Source of the DNA: Flavobacteriales bacterium | GTDB taxonomy: Bacteria > Bacteroidota > Bacteroidia > Palsa-965 | DNA: 64,000 bases | NCBI GenBank assembly: GCA_040377305.1 | Contig: JBEIPA010000007.1 | Span: forward strand, 128,001 to 192,000 | Direction: 5' to 3' | Part shown: positions 18,763-28,639 of the stretch, in pieces | How positions within the stretch are numbered: position 1 is the stretch's first letter | Layout of the letters: every line of letters starts with the position of its first letter | The notes under the pieces: model-generated | The model's input: only the letters and a program-made list of their open reading frames with translations | What the model was told of the DNA's origin: nothing | Databases searched by the model: none | Made by a program: the position numbers and the translations under genes

Positions 18763-21700
18763 ATGCTTTTTTGGTCGCGTAATTTACTAAGGGCTTTGTC
18801 CTTCTTGGTTCTGTGCTGTTCGTCGCTAGTAAGTTGGGGTCAAGCGCCGAGGTTGATGATACCAGTGGGTCATTCGGGCAGGGTCTCGCAGATTGAATTT
18901 AGCCCTGACGGCAAATATGTTGTTACGCGTGGAGAGGAATCGGTTGCGATGGTGTGGGCAGTTCCAAGTGGGCGAAAGATTCATGAATTGGCTGGTCACA
19001 CGGATTTTATAGTTAGTGTAGAATTTAGCCCTGACGGGAAATCTATTCTCACAACTTCGAAGGACATGACCGCTAAAATATGGGATGCACTTTCCGGCCG
19101 TCTGCTGCGAACATTTACTTTCTCAACTTACAACATTATACCGGCAAGGTTTAGTCCGGATGGAAAGACCATTGTAACCTGTTCGATTGATTACACAGTC
19201 ACAATCTGGAATGTTGCAACCGGAGCAGCCTTGCATATTCTGACCGGGCACACAGAATTTCTGTTCGACGCGGAATTCAGTCATGATGGATTGAAGTTGG
19301 TTACTGCTTCGCGAGACAAGACAGCTATAGTTTGGGATACACGATCGGGAAAGAAGCTCGTTGTTCTGCAAGGACACACCGGCATGTTATACGGTGCTGC
19401 GTTTTCGAACGACGACCTACAAATAGTTTCGTATTCTGAAGACCATACGGCGAGAACCTGGAATGCAATTACGGGAGAGGAAGTGGCTTCTTTCACTCAT
19501 CAAAAATTAGTGCGCTCTGCCACCATCAATGCCACTCAGATGTATGTTCTCTCTGTTTCACAAGATGAAACCGCCGTGATTTGGGATCCGAAAAGTGGAA
19601 ATAAAATTCGCCTTTTGTGTGAAAGTACTAAGGGATTTTGGGGAGGAGATTTCAGTCCGGACGGTAAATTGGCGGTAACGTGGGGTCTGGATTCAGTTAA
19701 GGTATGTGACGTTGAATCCGGGAAAATGAAGTACTCCGTTATTGGGAGTAGCAGTGCGTTCAGCAAGGATGAAAAATATTTTATGGTTGGACATTACGGT
19801 GGGAGATGTGAGATGTATGAGGTTGCGACGGGTAGAAAGGTAGTGAGGCTAACAAGCACAGCTCAAAGTGTGGGACAACCACGATACAGTCCGGATGGCT
19901 TGAGATTGATTACGCAAGCAGATAGCAGCGTTTTGCTATGGGACCTAAAAAGTTCAACTGTAGTGAGCGAACTAAAGCACAAAGGTTGGGTAATGACAGC
20001 TGAATTTAGTGCAGATGGAAATTTTATCATCACCTCGTCATACGATTCAACAGCAAAGATATGGAGTGCTCATAGCGGCATGCTGATCAAATCGCTGGAA
20101 GGAGCGCGCGCAAAACTTTATTGCGCCAAATTCAGTCCGGATGGTGTACATGCATTGATCTATTCATACAAGAGCGAAATCATGATCTGGAATGTCTTGA
20201 CCGGAATTCAGATTCGAACCTTTGTGGGTCACACGAATTATTTAACCAGTGCCGAATTCAGTCACGACGGAAAATATGTTGTAAGCACTGCAAATGATTC
20301 AACAGCGATCGTTTGGGATTTTGCCACTGGAAATATATTGCAAAGGCTCAAGCATACTTACAGATTTGTTAAGAATGCGCGATTCAGTCTTGACGATAAA
20401 CTGGTTGTTTCGTCATCTGGAATTGCGGATGCATTTATTTGGGATCGGCAAACGGGAGTGCAACGCAGTGTTTTGTCCGGTTGGGAGCAAGTGAGCAGTA
20501 TAGAGTTTAGTCCTGACCGTAAAATGGTTGTTCTCTCAACATTGAACGAAGCACATATCTATGAACTGGAAACTGGAATTCTGATCAGAAAATTAAGTGG
20601 ACATACAATGGAAGTACTGCATGCTGAATTTAGTCCGGACGGAAAAATGATCGTGACGTCTTCCCGTGATCAAACCGCTAAAGTGTGGAATGCTTCTGTC
20701 GGAAAAGTGATCTACACGCTTAAGGGCCATGTCGATATAGTGTGGATCGCCAGATTCTCCCCAAGTGGCGAAAGTATTGTGACCACTTCGGCAGATTGCA
20801 GTAGAAAACTATGGGATGCGAAGACGGGAAAGTTGAAAAGTACTTCCATCACATTCGAAGGAGGCAATTACATTACTTTGATAGCGAACGGCTATTATCG
20901 CGCAACGATTCCTGGAGCGCAGCAGCTACATTATGTAACTACGGACCTGAAGGTAATTTCCTTCGAACAGTTGGATGTCAGGTACAATCGCCCTGATCTT
21001 GTTATGAAGGAGTCGGGGAGCACTGACACGATTATGATGAAGTCGTATCGGGAAGTTTACAACAAAAGAATTCGTCGCGCTGGATTAAAAGCTGGCTCGT
21101 TTCAGCAAGGAGTTGATGTTCCCGAAAGCACTATTCTCAACCCGCCTGTGTATCAACAAACACAGTTAAAACTCAATGTGCACATACGCGCCAATGACAT
21201 GCGGTTCGCCTTGGAGTACCTGAACGTTTGGGTAAACGATAGCCCTTTGTGGGGGCAGTTCGGAATCGATCTGCGAAACAAGAGGTCACAGGTGATCGAT
21301 ACAATTATTGAAATCACGCTGAGCGATGGCTTGAACAGAATTACAACTTCTGTCACAAATGCAAACGGAACCGAAAGCTACCGCAGTCCGGTTTACGTCA
21401 ACTATACACCTGTTGAACGTACACCACAAAAAACATACTACATCGGCATCGGTGTCGATCACTTCGCAAACCCAAAGTATAATCTCACCTGGTCAACGAA
21501 AGATATACGGGATATGTGTGCCGCAATGAAAGTGAAGTACGGCAACAATTTTGTCCTCGTCGACACACTGTTCAATGAAAACGTCACTGTCGAAAATGTT
21601 CAGGCCATCAAGGCGAAACTGATGAAGACAAACATTAACGACAAAGTCATTATCGCGTATTCCGGACACGGTTTGCTCAGCGACAACTATGATTATTACT

Positions 21701-22236
21701 TGTCGACTTACGATGTAAACTTCCACAAACCCGAAGAGAAGGGGCTCGCTTACGAAGAGTTAGAAAATCTCGTGGATGGAATTCCTGCGCGACAAAAGCT
21801 CATGCTCATTGACGCTTGTCACAGTGGGGAAGTGGACAAAGAAGAAATGCTCAAGATCAAACAAGCGAAGCAGGACACGAGTTTGCATCTTGTTGCTAAC
21901 GGAAAAGGATTTGAAACTGATCCGGATACTTCCAACAGAAAGCTCGGAACACAAAACAGTTTCGAATTGATGTCGACTTTGTTTGTGAATGTGAGTCGGG
22001 GAACCGGAACGACGGTGATCGCAGCTGCGAGCGGAACGCAATTCGCTTATGAGAATGGCGACCTGCAGAACGGAGTATTCACCTATTGTTTTCTCGAAAT
22101 GATGCGAACACAGAAAACGTGTACAGTTCAGCAGATGAAAACCAGTGTGAGTACAAAAGTGGAAAAGCTCACGAATGGATTGCAGCGACCGACTTCGAGA
22201 ACAGAGACGAGTGGCTATGATTGGGTGTTGTGGTAA
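18763..22236 (+). CDS. Secreted WD40-repeat + caspase (peptidase C14) protein
   Basis: Signal peptide, ~14+ GH...FSPDG...WD repeats, YSGHG (His) and DACHSG (Cys) dyad, NGVFT, QRP. Confidence 0.92.
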   Translation: MLFWSRNLLRALSFLVLCCSSLVSWGQAPRLMIPVGHSGRVSQIEFSPDGKYVVTRGEESVAMVWAVPSGRKIHELAGHTDFIVSVEFSPDGKSILTTSKDMTAKIWDALSGRLLRTFTFSTYNIIPARFSPDGKTIVTCSIDYTVTIWNVATGAALHILTGHTEFLFDAEFSHDGLKLVTASRDKTAIVWDTRSGKKLVVLQGHTGMLYGAAFSNDDLQIVSYSEDHTARTWNAITGEEVASFTHQKLVRSATINATQMYVLSVSQDETAVIWDPKSGNKIRLLCESTKGFWGGDFSPDGKLAVTWGLDSVKVCDVESGKMKYSVIGSSSAFSKDEKYFMVGHYGGRCEMYEVATGRKVVRLTSTAQSVGQPRYSPDGLRLITQADSSVLLWDLKSSTVVSELKHKGWVMTAEFSADGNFIITSSYDSTAKIWSAHSGMLIKSLEGARAKLYCAKFSPDGVHALIYSYKSEIMIWNVLTGIQIRTFVGHTNYLTSAEFSHDGKYVVSTANDSTAIVWDFATGNILQRLKHTYRFVKNARFSLDDKLVVSSSGIADAFIWDRQTGVQRSVLSGWEQVSSIEFSPDRKMVVLSTLNEAHIYELETGILIRKLSGHTMEVLHAEFSPDGKMIVTSSRDQTAKVWNASVGKVIYTLKGHVDIVWIARFSPSGESIVTTSADCSRKLWDAKTGKLKSTSITFEGGNYITLIANGYYRATIPGAQQLHYVTTDLKVISFEQLDVRYNRPDLVMKESGSTDTIMMKSYREVYNKRIRRAGLKAGSFQQGVDVPESTILNPPVYQQTQLKLNVHIRANDMRFALEYLNVWVNDSPLWGQFGIDLRNKRSQVIDTIIEITLSDGLNRITTSVTNANGTESYRSPVYVNYTPVERTPQKTYYIGIGVDHFANPKYNLTWSTKDIRDMCAAMKVKYGNNFVLVDTLFNENVTVENVQAIKAKLMKTNINDKVIIAYSGHGLLSDNYDYYLSTYDVNFHKPEEKGLAYEELENLVDGIPARQKLMLIDACHSGEVDKEEMLKIKQAKQDTSLHLVANGKGFETDPDTSNRKLGTQNSFELMSTLFVNVSRGTGTTVIAAASGTQFAYENGDLQNGVFTYCFLEMMRTQKTCTVQQMKTSVSTKVEKLTNGLQRPTSRTETSGYDWVLW

Positions 22237-22271
22237 CAGATTATACAACCGATCTTTTGCACAACTTAATT

Positions 22272-23300
22272 TCACGTTGGCATATCATCTTCGCCTTCAT
22301 TATTGGTTTTTAGAATTGCGCGGATGCGATCAATATGTATCTGAGACATTTTCGCTCTTTCCAGAGCAGATTTTGAGCCAACGCCTTTTTTCGTACGCGC
22401 CACTGCAGTCAGGAGATTCTTCCGCTCCTCAAACATGCGAAGTGCCGTCCACATGGTTTCTTCAATCTTTCGGGTCTGTTCAGCTAACAGAGAAGCCGCA
22501 GTAAAAGCGTGCCCCGTATGACAACGAAACCGCAGGCTGCTGTCCTGATCTACTTTCCACAAAACACCACCGCAACCGGGACAGTTAAACGGAACCTGAT
22601 CGCCAAGCTGCTCCACGGAAGACAAATCACTGGTTACGCGTTCTGCAATTTGCGCTTCGAGTAAAACATCTTTCGGAATTGGTTTTTGCTTTGCTAATTT
22701 CCGTGTGACAAGTTTAGCTAGCAGGTCTCCCATTTCTGAGATTGGAAGGCAATGATCTACGCTCACGTTTTTCAAAGCATTTTCCGGCATTGCAGGATAC
22801 TCTGCATCGTCAGGATCCTGCACAATACAGATTCCCCCACATCTCTTGATCGCTTTCAAACCAGATGTTCCATCATCGAGATAGCCCGTGAGAATTATTC
22901 CGATTACACCGCTGCTAAATGCAACTGCTGCAGAACGGAACAAGGGATCAATTGCCGGACGTGATCTGTTTTCCTGAGCTCCTTTAGTGACCAGTATTTT
23001 CTTGTCTCCGTCGAGAAGCATGTGGTGATCTGATGGAGCAAGATATAAATGTCCGGCTTTAAGAGTCGCTCCGTTTTTTGCGTGTTCACACTTCAGCGTG
23101 CCTAGCTTGTTGAGTTCGTCTAACAGAACATTGCCGGTTGCATCGGGAGAAATGTGCCTCACAACTAATACCGGAACTGGAAAATCACGGTCAAACTGGC
23201 CGATGAGATTTTGCAGTGCGTGTAGACCTCCCGCTGAAGTACCAACTACAAGTACCCGCGATATTTTTTTAGCCGAATTGCTTTTGCTCTTTTTCCTCAT
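22272..23300 (-). CDS. cheB: CheB-type methylesterase with C-terminal Cys/His domain
   Basis: GTSAGG, VRH, RPAIDPLFRSAA, LTGYLDDG; C-terminal CPGCGG...RCHTGH; no receiver domain. Confidence 0.9.
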   Translation of the reverse strand: MRKKSKSNSAKKISRVLVVGTSAGGLHALQNLIGQFDRDFPVPVLVVRHISPDATGNVLLDELNKLGTLKCEHAKNGATLKAGHLYLAPSDHHMLLDGDKKILVTKGAQENRSRPAIDPLFRSAAVAFSSGVIGIILTGYLDDGTSGLKAIKRCGGICIVQDPDDAEYPAMPENALKNVSVDHCLPISEMGDLLAKLVTRKLAKQKPIPKDVLLEAQIAERVTSDLSSVEQLGDQVPFNCPGCGGVLWKVDQDSSLRFRCHTGHAFTAASLLAEQTRKIEETMWTALRMFEERKNLLTAVARTKKGVGSKSALERAKMSQIHIDRIRAILKTNNEGEDDMPT

Positions 23301-23519
23301 TCGAATCAACCGCAGTGGTTCAAAAACTGCACCATAGATTTTAGTACGATTCAGAAGAAGAAGTGGGCGTATGATGCGAATAGCGCGTGTTTGTAGTGTA
23401 ATCACATTGCGCAGGAACTACATGACTGGGATGTTGGGGCATTTATGAAACACATTCAATCAGGCGACTGAAGTTTTACGATGCAGGAACGACAAAGTAT
23501 TTAAGCCGATTTACTCCCT

Positions 23520-24131
23520 TTACTCCGGAACATCCTGATTTGGTTTTCGCTTAATAAACATCCGACGTATCGAATTCGTAAAACGTTTATCTGTAGGATA
23601 TTTCCGATGACGCGTGATGTTGTTGAAAATCATTGCAACGGCTAATAGAATTAAAGTGCCGCTGAGTACTGGAGTTAGTACGTACCAATATCCCAATGCC
23701 GTAATTTTTTCAGAACCGATAACTGCAATCAACGCGGTTGCTCCACCCGGAGGATGTAATGTTTTAGTAACCTGCATCGCTACAATGGAAAGCGCTACAG
23801 CCAACGGCGCGGTCAACCAAATGATATCCGGAAGGAATTTACAAATCGTTACACCCACAACTGCAGAAATCAAATGTCCACCAATCAGATTTCTCGGCTG
23901 GGCCAATGGACTCTGAATAGCACCATAAATAAGTACGCATGATGCACCGAAAGAACCGATCAGAAAAATGTTTTCGTCTTTGGTGAGAAAATGGCTCTGC
24001 AGAAATGCGATGATTGCAATACCAACGAATGCACCAATGAACGACCAAAAATGTTCTTTGCTGTCGACAAGTGTTTCCTTGTAAATCACGTACCGCGAAA
24101 CGCGCAGACTTCTTTTGATTCTTTTTCTCAC
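23520..24131 (-). CDS. HPP family membrane protein
   Basis: GSFGASCVL, SPLAQPRNLIGGH, LHPPGGATAL; -7 element at 24137-24144 supports GTG start 24131. Confidence 0.92.
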   Translation of the reverse strand: MRKRIKRSLRVSRYVIYKETLVDSKEHFWSFIGAFVGIAIIAFLQSHFLTKDENIFLIGSFGASCVLIYGAIQSPLAQPRNLIGGHLISAVVGVTICKFLPDIIWLTAPLAVALSIVAMQVTKTLHPPGGATALIAVIGSEKITALGYWYVLTPVLSGTLILLAVAMIFNNITRHRKYPTDKRFTNSIRRMFIKRKPNQDVPE

Positions 24132-24220
24132 AGGCGCAAAGGTACAGTATGTTGTTCCGCGGATAACGATGTTAAATGTTATCGACAATCAACGTCTCGT
24201 TCAGTTGTACGACGTATCCA

Positions 24221-24658
24221 TTAATTTCCCGACTCACCTTTACTATTCTTCGTATGCACCAGAATCTTCTCGATAATAATCCGGATTTCATCCGTGCTCT
24301 GATGCATGTCCATGCTTTTTTTCAGGCAATATGACGCGCCCAGTTCTTTCGCGCGAGCCTGGTATTCTTCCATTTCTCCGGCTGAATACATCACAACCGG
24401 AATATGTTCGAGGAAATGATATTTCTTGATGGCCTGAAGTGTTTCCACTCCATTCATGCGTGGCATCTTCATATCCATAAAAATCATATCGGGAATTTCT
24501 GCGTGATCAGCAGTCAGTTTCATGATTGCCGTAACACCATCATCCGCCGATTCAAGTTTGATACGTGGATCAATTTCTTTCAGCATTTCCCTGAATAGAA
24601 CTCTGTCGCTGTGTGAATCGTCGACGAGCAAAATGAGAACGGGTTTGTCGGTAATCAT
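24221..24658 (-). CDS. Single-domain response regulator
   Basis: LLVDD, IFMDMKMPRMNG, VMYS, CLKK. Confidence 0.88.
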   Translation of the reverse strand: MITDKPVLILLVDDSHSDRVLFREMLKEIDPRIKLESADDGVTAIMKLTADHAEIPDMIFMDMKMPRMNGVETLQAIKKYHFLEHIPVVMYSAGEMEEYQARAKELGASYCLKKSMDMHQSTDEIRIIIEKILVHTKNSKGESGN

Positions 24659-24690
24659 GTTTCAGCGGTTTTGACATTCGTGCGGGCAAT

Positions 24691-25701
24691 CTATTCGAAC
24701 TGTTTTTTCTCTAGCCTAAGCCATTCGAGCGCCGCGGCACTCAACACCTTCTCCTTCTTTTCATCACTCCAGTCCATAGACTTGATGAGTTGTCCCGGAA
24801 CATTTTCTCCGAGCGGAAATGGATAATCGCTTCCCAGCGCAACACGATCGGGTCCAAACTGATCTACCACAAAATTGAGCATGTTTTTATCATGAACGAG
24901 TGAATCAATCCAGAATTTTGAAATGTAATTCTTCGGAGGGACGTTGTTGTTGATCGCAACTAAATCAGGACGACAATCGAATCCATGCTGAACACGACCA
25001 ACTGTTGATGGAAATGATCCACCACCATGTGCGAATGCAACACGCAGCTTCGGGAGCTTTTCAAAAATTCCTCCGAAGATCATCGAACAGATTGCACGCG
25101 ATGTTTCAGCAGGCATGCCCACGAGCCAGGGCAGCCAGTATTTCTGCATGTCTTTTTCTCCCATCATTTCCCAGGGGTGAATAAAAACCGCCATATCAAG
25201 ATCTTCGCAAGCCTTGAAGATTTCAAAAAATTCTGCTTCGTCGAGATTTTTCTGATTCACGTTTGTTCCGATCTGCACACCCTTCAATCCGATTTCTTTG
25301 CAACGTTTCAGTTCCTGCACAGCGAGTTTTGCATCCTGCATTGGAATTGTTCCGAGTCCAATGAATCGTTTCGGAAATCGTTTGCAGATATCGGCAATGT
25401 GATCATTCAGGAAAATGGAAATCTCTAAGCAGTCTTGCGGTTTCGCCCAATAGCTGAACATCACCGGAACAGTTGAAAGCACCTGCACGTGTACATCCTG
25501 GGAATCGCATTCTTTCATGCGTGTTTCCGCACTCCAGCAATTGTCTTCGATCTCACGAAAGAACTTTCCGTCATCGCGAATCATACGCGCACAACACGGC
25601 TTAATGTGATCAAGCTGAATGAATCCTCCATAACCGAATTTCTCTTTCCAGTTCGGAATATTCTCCGGCAGAATATGTGTATGAATATCTATTGTAAGCA
25701 T
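24691..25701 (-). CDS. nbaD: 2-amino-3-carboxymuconate-6-semialdehyde decarboxylase (ACMSD)
   Basis: IDIHTH, LSTVPVMFSYWA, FIHPW, WLPWLVGMPAET, AHGGG, GSDYPFPLGE. Confidence 0.93.
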   Translation of the reverse strand: MLTIDIHTHILPENIPNWKEKFGYGGFIQLDHIKPCCARMIRDDGKFFREIEDNCWSAETRMKECDSQDVHVQVLSTVPVMFSYWAKPQDCLEISIFLNDHIADICKRFPKRFIGLGTIPMQDAKLAVQELKRCKEIGLKGVQIGTNVNQKNLDEAEFFEIFKACEDLDMAVFIHPWEMMGEKDMQKYWLPWLVGMPAETSRAICSMIFGGIFEKLPKLRVAFAHGGGSFPSTVGRVQHGFDCRPDLVAINNNVPPKNYISKFWIDSLVHDKNMLNFVVDQFGPDRVALGSDYPFPLGENVPGQLIKSMDWSDEKKEKVLSAAALEWLRLEKKQFE

Positions 25702-27863
25702 TACTTTTCTATTCCTTGCTGACGTAATTTCTCTGCAGCGTTTGCATACTCCTGAGCTTTTTGGGTGTCTCCCAGCATTTGGTAGGTAGTCGACGTTGAC
25801 AAATACGCCGCACGGAAATTCGGATTCGACGCTATTGCATTCAACGAATTCTGGAGTGACTTGTTGAACAATTGATTCGACTTCGCTACGTATGCAGTTG
25901 CACTATCAGGTCGTGTTACCGCAAGATTGCGATATTTCATGCCCCATGTTCCGTAAACCGCTGCAAGGTTGTTGTACGCTTCAGGATACTGTGCATTAAG
26001 ATGTACTGCATTCTGCAACTGGTATTCTGCTTCAACCAACCGATTCTCGTTGAAGAGCAATCGTCCGTAGTTGCTACGATACATGGCCATTGCCGGTGAT
26101 GTCTTCACTGCGAGTTTGTAATAATATTCCGCGCTATCGATCTGCTTTTTGTCGTAATACATTTCCGCCAGTTTCTGAATCGCATCTCCATAACCAGGAT
26201 ATAGATTCATTGCGTTACGGAATTCTATCATGGCAGTATCCATGATTTGGTTGTACTCCGGAGAACCTACAGGATAAGGTTTAAGTTCTTCATCCTGCGT
26301 GATGTGATTCGCATAGAAGTAATGCAGTTTACAGCTCTTTTCAGAAATCTGCATGTCGGTTCCGTACAGCGATAGATTGTCGTACCAAACCGGATTTCGC
26401 ATCACTGTAATTCCTGAATAGATCAACGCAATGATTCCGACTACTGCGATCGGTTTCAGGTTGACCTTGAAGAATGAGTTGAGCGATTCTGCTTTCGTTT
26501 CTTCCGCGAAGAATATCCGGTGAATAGCCCAGGCAAGAATGATGCAGACGCCGAGTGAAGGGGTGTACAACAAACGTTCTCCATAATTTGTTCCGAGAAT
26601 AAACGGAATGTTCGACACCACGCTGAATGTAATCAGGAAGTACAACACGGCGAATGAAACAATATGCTTCGAACGGAATTTCAGGATTGCGAAAACAATT
26701 CCGCCGCCATAAATTACAAGTGCAACCAAAAACTGCCACGAAGCCATTCCGAATTCCGGCATTTGCGCAATGGAAGCGTCACACACCAATTCGTACGGAA
26801 CAAAAAGCTTGATCGCATAGATTCCCGCAATGGCAATGGCTGCAATACGTTGTCCAATGAATCCGTCAATTCCAGCAATGTAGTTATCCACAACAGGAAC
26901 GGGACTTGAGGCATGGATTCCAAGAACTAGTAACCGGATTACAAGAAACAGTAGTACAACTCCCGCCGTTGCGAAGTAGACTGACCGTTGCGGTGTTCCG
27001 ATGAGCCAGCGAAGTTTGTATTGAAGTTCCATCTTTCGACGCAAACTGCCGCTAATGCCAATCGGAGGATTATCAATGAGGCTTTTCTGTTGCAAAGCTT
27101 CTTTACTTTCAGGAATGAAGAAGTAAATCATCAATGGGAAAATCGCTACGAAAGTAATTGCAGATTCTTTCGACAACATGCACAGGAAGTAACTCACTCC
27201 GGCGAAAACCAAATGTTTGGTTTGCTTCGAGAAAATATAACGATGAATGTACAACGCCGTTACGACGAAGAAGAGGAAGCACAGAATATCATCCCGCCCT
27301 TTGATGTTTGCGACGACTTCGGTGTGAATCGGATGGACTGCAAATAGAACGGAAGCGAGAAAAGGCACAACAAGTTGTCCATTCATGTAACGCCTCAGCA
27401 TTTTAAAAAGCAGTACGACGCTCAATGTAAAAAGCAACACGTTGAAGAAATGTCCAATGAATGGATTGTTCTCACTCATGCTCCATTCAATTGCGAACAT
27501 CACTTTTGAAAGCGGGCGATATAATGTCACATCACCTCCAAGCATTCCGGAGCGATAAGATGTACTGAGAATCTTGCCCACATTTGCAACTCCACCTTTT
27601 GTATCCTGATTTTCCAGAATCAAACCGTAATCGTCGAGCGCGTATTGATTGCCGAGCGAATTGAGATAAACTCCTGCAGCGAGAAGGATAAGAATGAGGT
27701 TGAGCCTCTTTACGAAATCGTAATCCCGCAATCGCGGACGTGTGGCTGGTTGCGGAATCTTTTTCTTTACAGCAACAGGTACAGACTCATCTGTAGCAAG
27801 TTCTGCTTTGTGTTGTTCGCTTTGAAGCTTAGCGCGTTCTTTCCGCGTTAATTTTCCCGACAT
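25701..27863 (-). CDS. TMTC-like (DUF1736) GT-C membrane glycosyltransferase with C-terminal TPRs
   Basis: YALDD, YRPL, LFAVHPIHTEVVANIKGRDD, LSKE, GERLLYTPS, RNPVW, TPR-like helices. Confidence 0.87.
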   Translation of the reverse strand: MSGKLTRKERAKLQSEQHKAELATDESVPVAVKKKIPQPATRPRLRDYDFVKRLNLILILLAAGVYLNSLGNQYALDDYGLILENQDTKGGVANVGKILSTSYRSGMLGGDVTLYRPLSKVMFAIEWSMSENNPFIGHFFNVLLFTLSVVLLFKMLRRYMNGQLVVPFLASVLFAVHPIHTEVVANIKGRDDILCFLFFVVTALYIHRYIFSKQTKHLVFAGVSYFLCMLSKESAITFVAIFPLMIYFFIPESKEALQQKSLIDNPPIGISGSLRRKMELQYKLRWLIGTPQRSVYFATAGVVLLFLVIRLLVLGIHASSPVPVVDNYIAGIDGFIGQRIAAIAIAGIYAIKLFVPYELVCDASIAQMPEFGMASWQFLVALVIYGGGIVFAILKFRSKHIVSFAVLYFLITFSVVSNIPFILGTNYGERLLYTPSLGVCIILAWAIHRIFFAEETKAESLNSFFKVNLKPIAVVGIIALIYSGITVMRNPVWYDNLSLYGTDMQISEKSCKLHYFYANHITQDEELKPYPVGSPEYNQIMDTAMIEFRNAMNLYPGYGDAIQKLAEMYYDKKQIDSAEYYYKLAVKTSPAMAMYRSNYGRLLFNENRLVEAEYQLQNAVHLNAQYPEAYNNLAAVYGTWGMKYRNLAVTRPDSATAYVAKSNQLFNKSLQNSLNAIASNPNFRAAYLSTSTTYQMLGDTQKAQEYANAAEKLRQQGIEK

Positions 27864-27871
27864 AACTTGGC

Positions 27872-28393
27872 TTAAACCGGATTAGCTGGTGGTTCCATTA
27901 CGTGTGCACACTTCTTGCAGGTGCGGAGATCAAGGTTTCCGTAGAATTTCGCGAAGACGCCCTGAAATTGTGATGCGATATCTGTGAGTGTGAAATACTC
28001 TTCATATAATTTCTCATTGCACTTCTCGCAGAACCACATCAATCCGTCTTTCTCACCATCGCGACGTCTGCGTTCCATAACCAAACCTATCGTGTTCGCG
28101 CCGCGAGCAGGATTGTGCGGCACACGCGGAGGCAGCAGAAAAATTTCTCCTTCGTTGATTGGAACGGAAACCGCTTTCCCATCTTCCTGAATAGTTACAT
28201 TGATATTTCCCTCGAGTTGATAGAAAAATTCTTCGCTTTCGTTGTAGTGATAATCTTTGCGGGAATTCGGTCCGCCAACAACCATTACAATGAATTCTGC
28301 ATCCTTGTAAACAACCTTATTCGATACAGGGGGTTTAAGCAAATGGCGGTTTTCATCGATCCATTTTTTGAAGCTGAAAGGGCGTGTTATCAT
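27872..28393 (-). CDS. nbaC: 3-hydroxyanthranilate 3,4-dioxygenase
   Basis: LLKPPV, MVVGGPNSRKDYH, EEFFYQ, VPHNP, CEKC/CKKC rubredoxin-like site. Confidence 0.96.
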   Translation of the reverse strand: MITRPFSFKKWIDENRHLLKPPVSNKVVYKDAEFIVMVVGGPNSRKDYHYNESEEFFYQLEGNINVTIQEDGKAVSVPINEGEIFLLPPRVPHNPARGANTIGLVMERRRRDGEKDGLMWFCEKCNEKLYEEYFTLTDIASQFQGVFAKFYGNLDLRTCKKCAHVMEPPANPV

Positions 28394-28415
28394 AGTGGAA
28401 TAAAGATAGGGAATA

Positions 28416-28621
28416 GATGGGAGTTGGGAGATCGGAGACGGGAGTGCTTTTGGGTTCCGTGGGCTAAAGCCGCACGGTTATTCCCATATCAGTTTATTTT
28501 GGTATTGACAGGTGTAAAAATGGCAAAGCCATTTTTACACCTGTCCCTTCTACAAAAAGCACACGACCTGATAACCTTGTGGCTTTAGCCCAAGGATTTG
28601 AAGGTCCTCCGTCTCCCGTCT
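28416..28621. repeat. Three-hairpin REP/REPIN-like element, copy 1
   Basis: Inverted arms TCCGTGGGCTAAAGCCGCACGGTTAT (28456-28481) and ATAACCTTGTGGCTTTAGCCCAAGGA (28571-28596); perfect 18-bp central hairpin 28507-28545; heptamer flanks. Confidence 0.9.
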
Positions 28622-28639
28622 AATCGCTACTTTCGTAGC

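Noticed and set aside
28115-28588. ORFs 28115-28588, 30995-31300 and 62573-63025 sharing an MAKPF peptide
   Set aside because: The similarity comes from translating the central hairpin of the repeat; the ORFs overlap real genes, and copy 3 gives the peptide in the opposite orientation because the hairpin is palindromic
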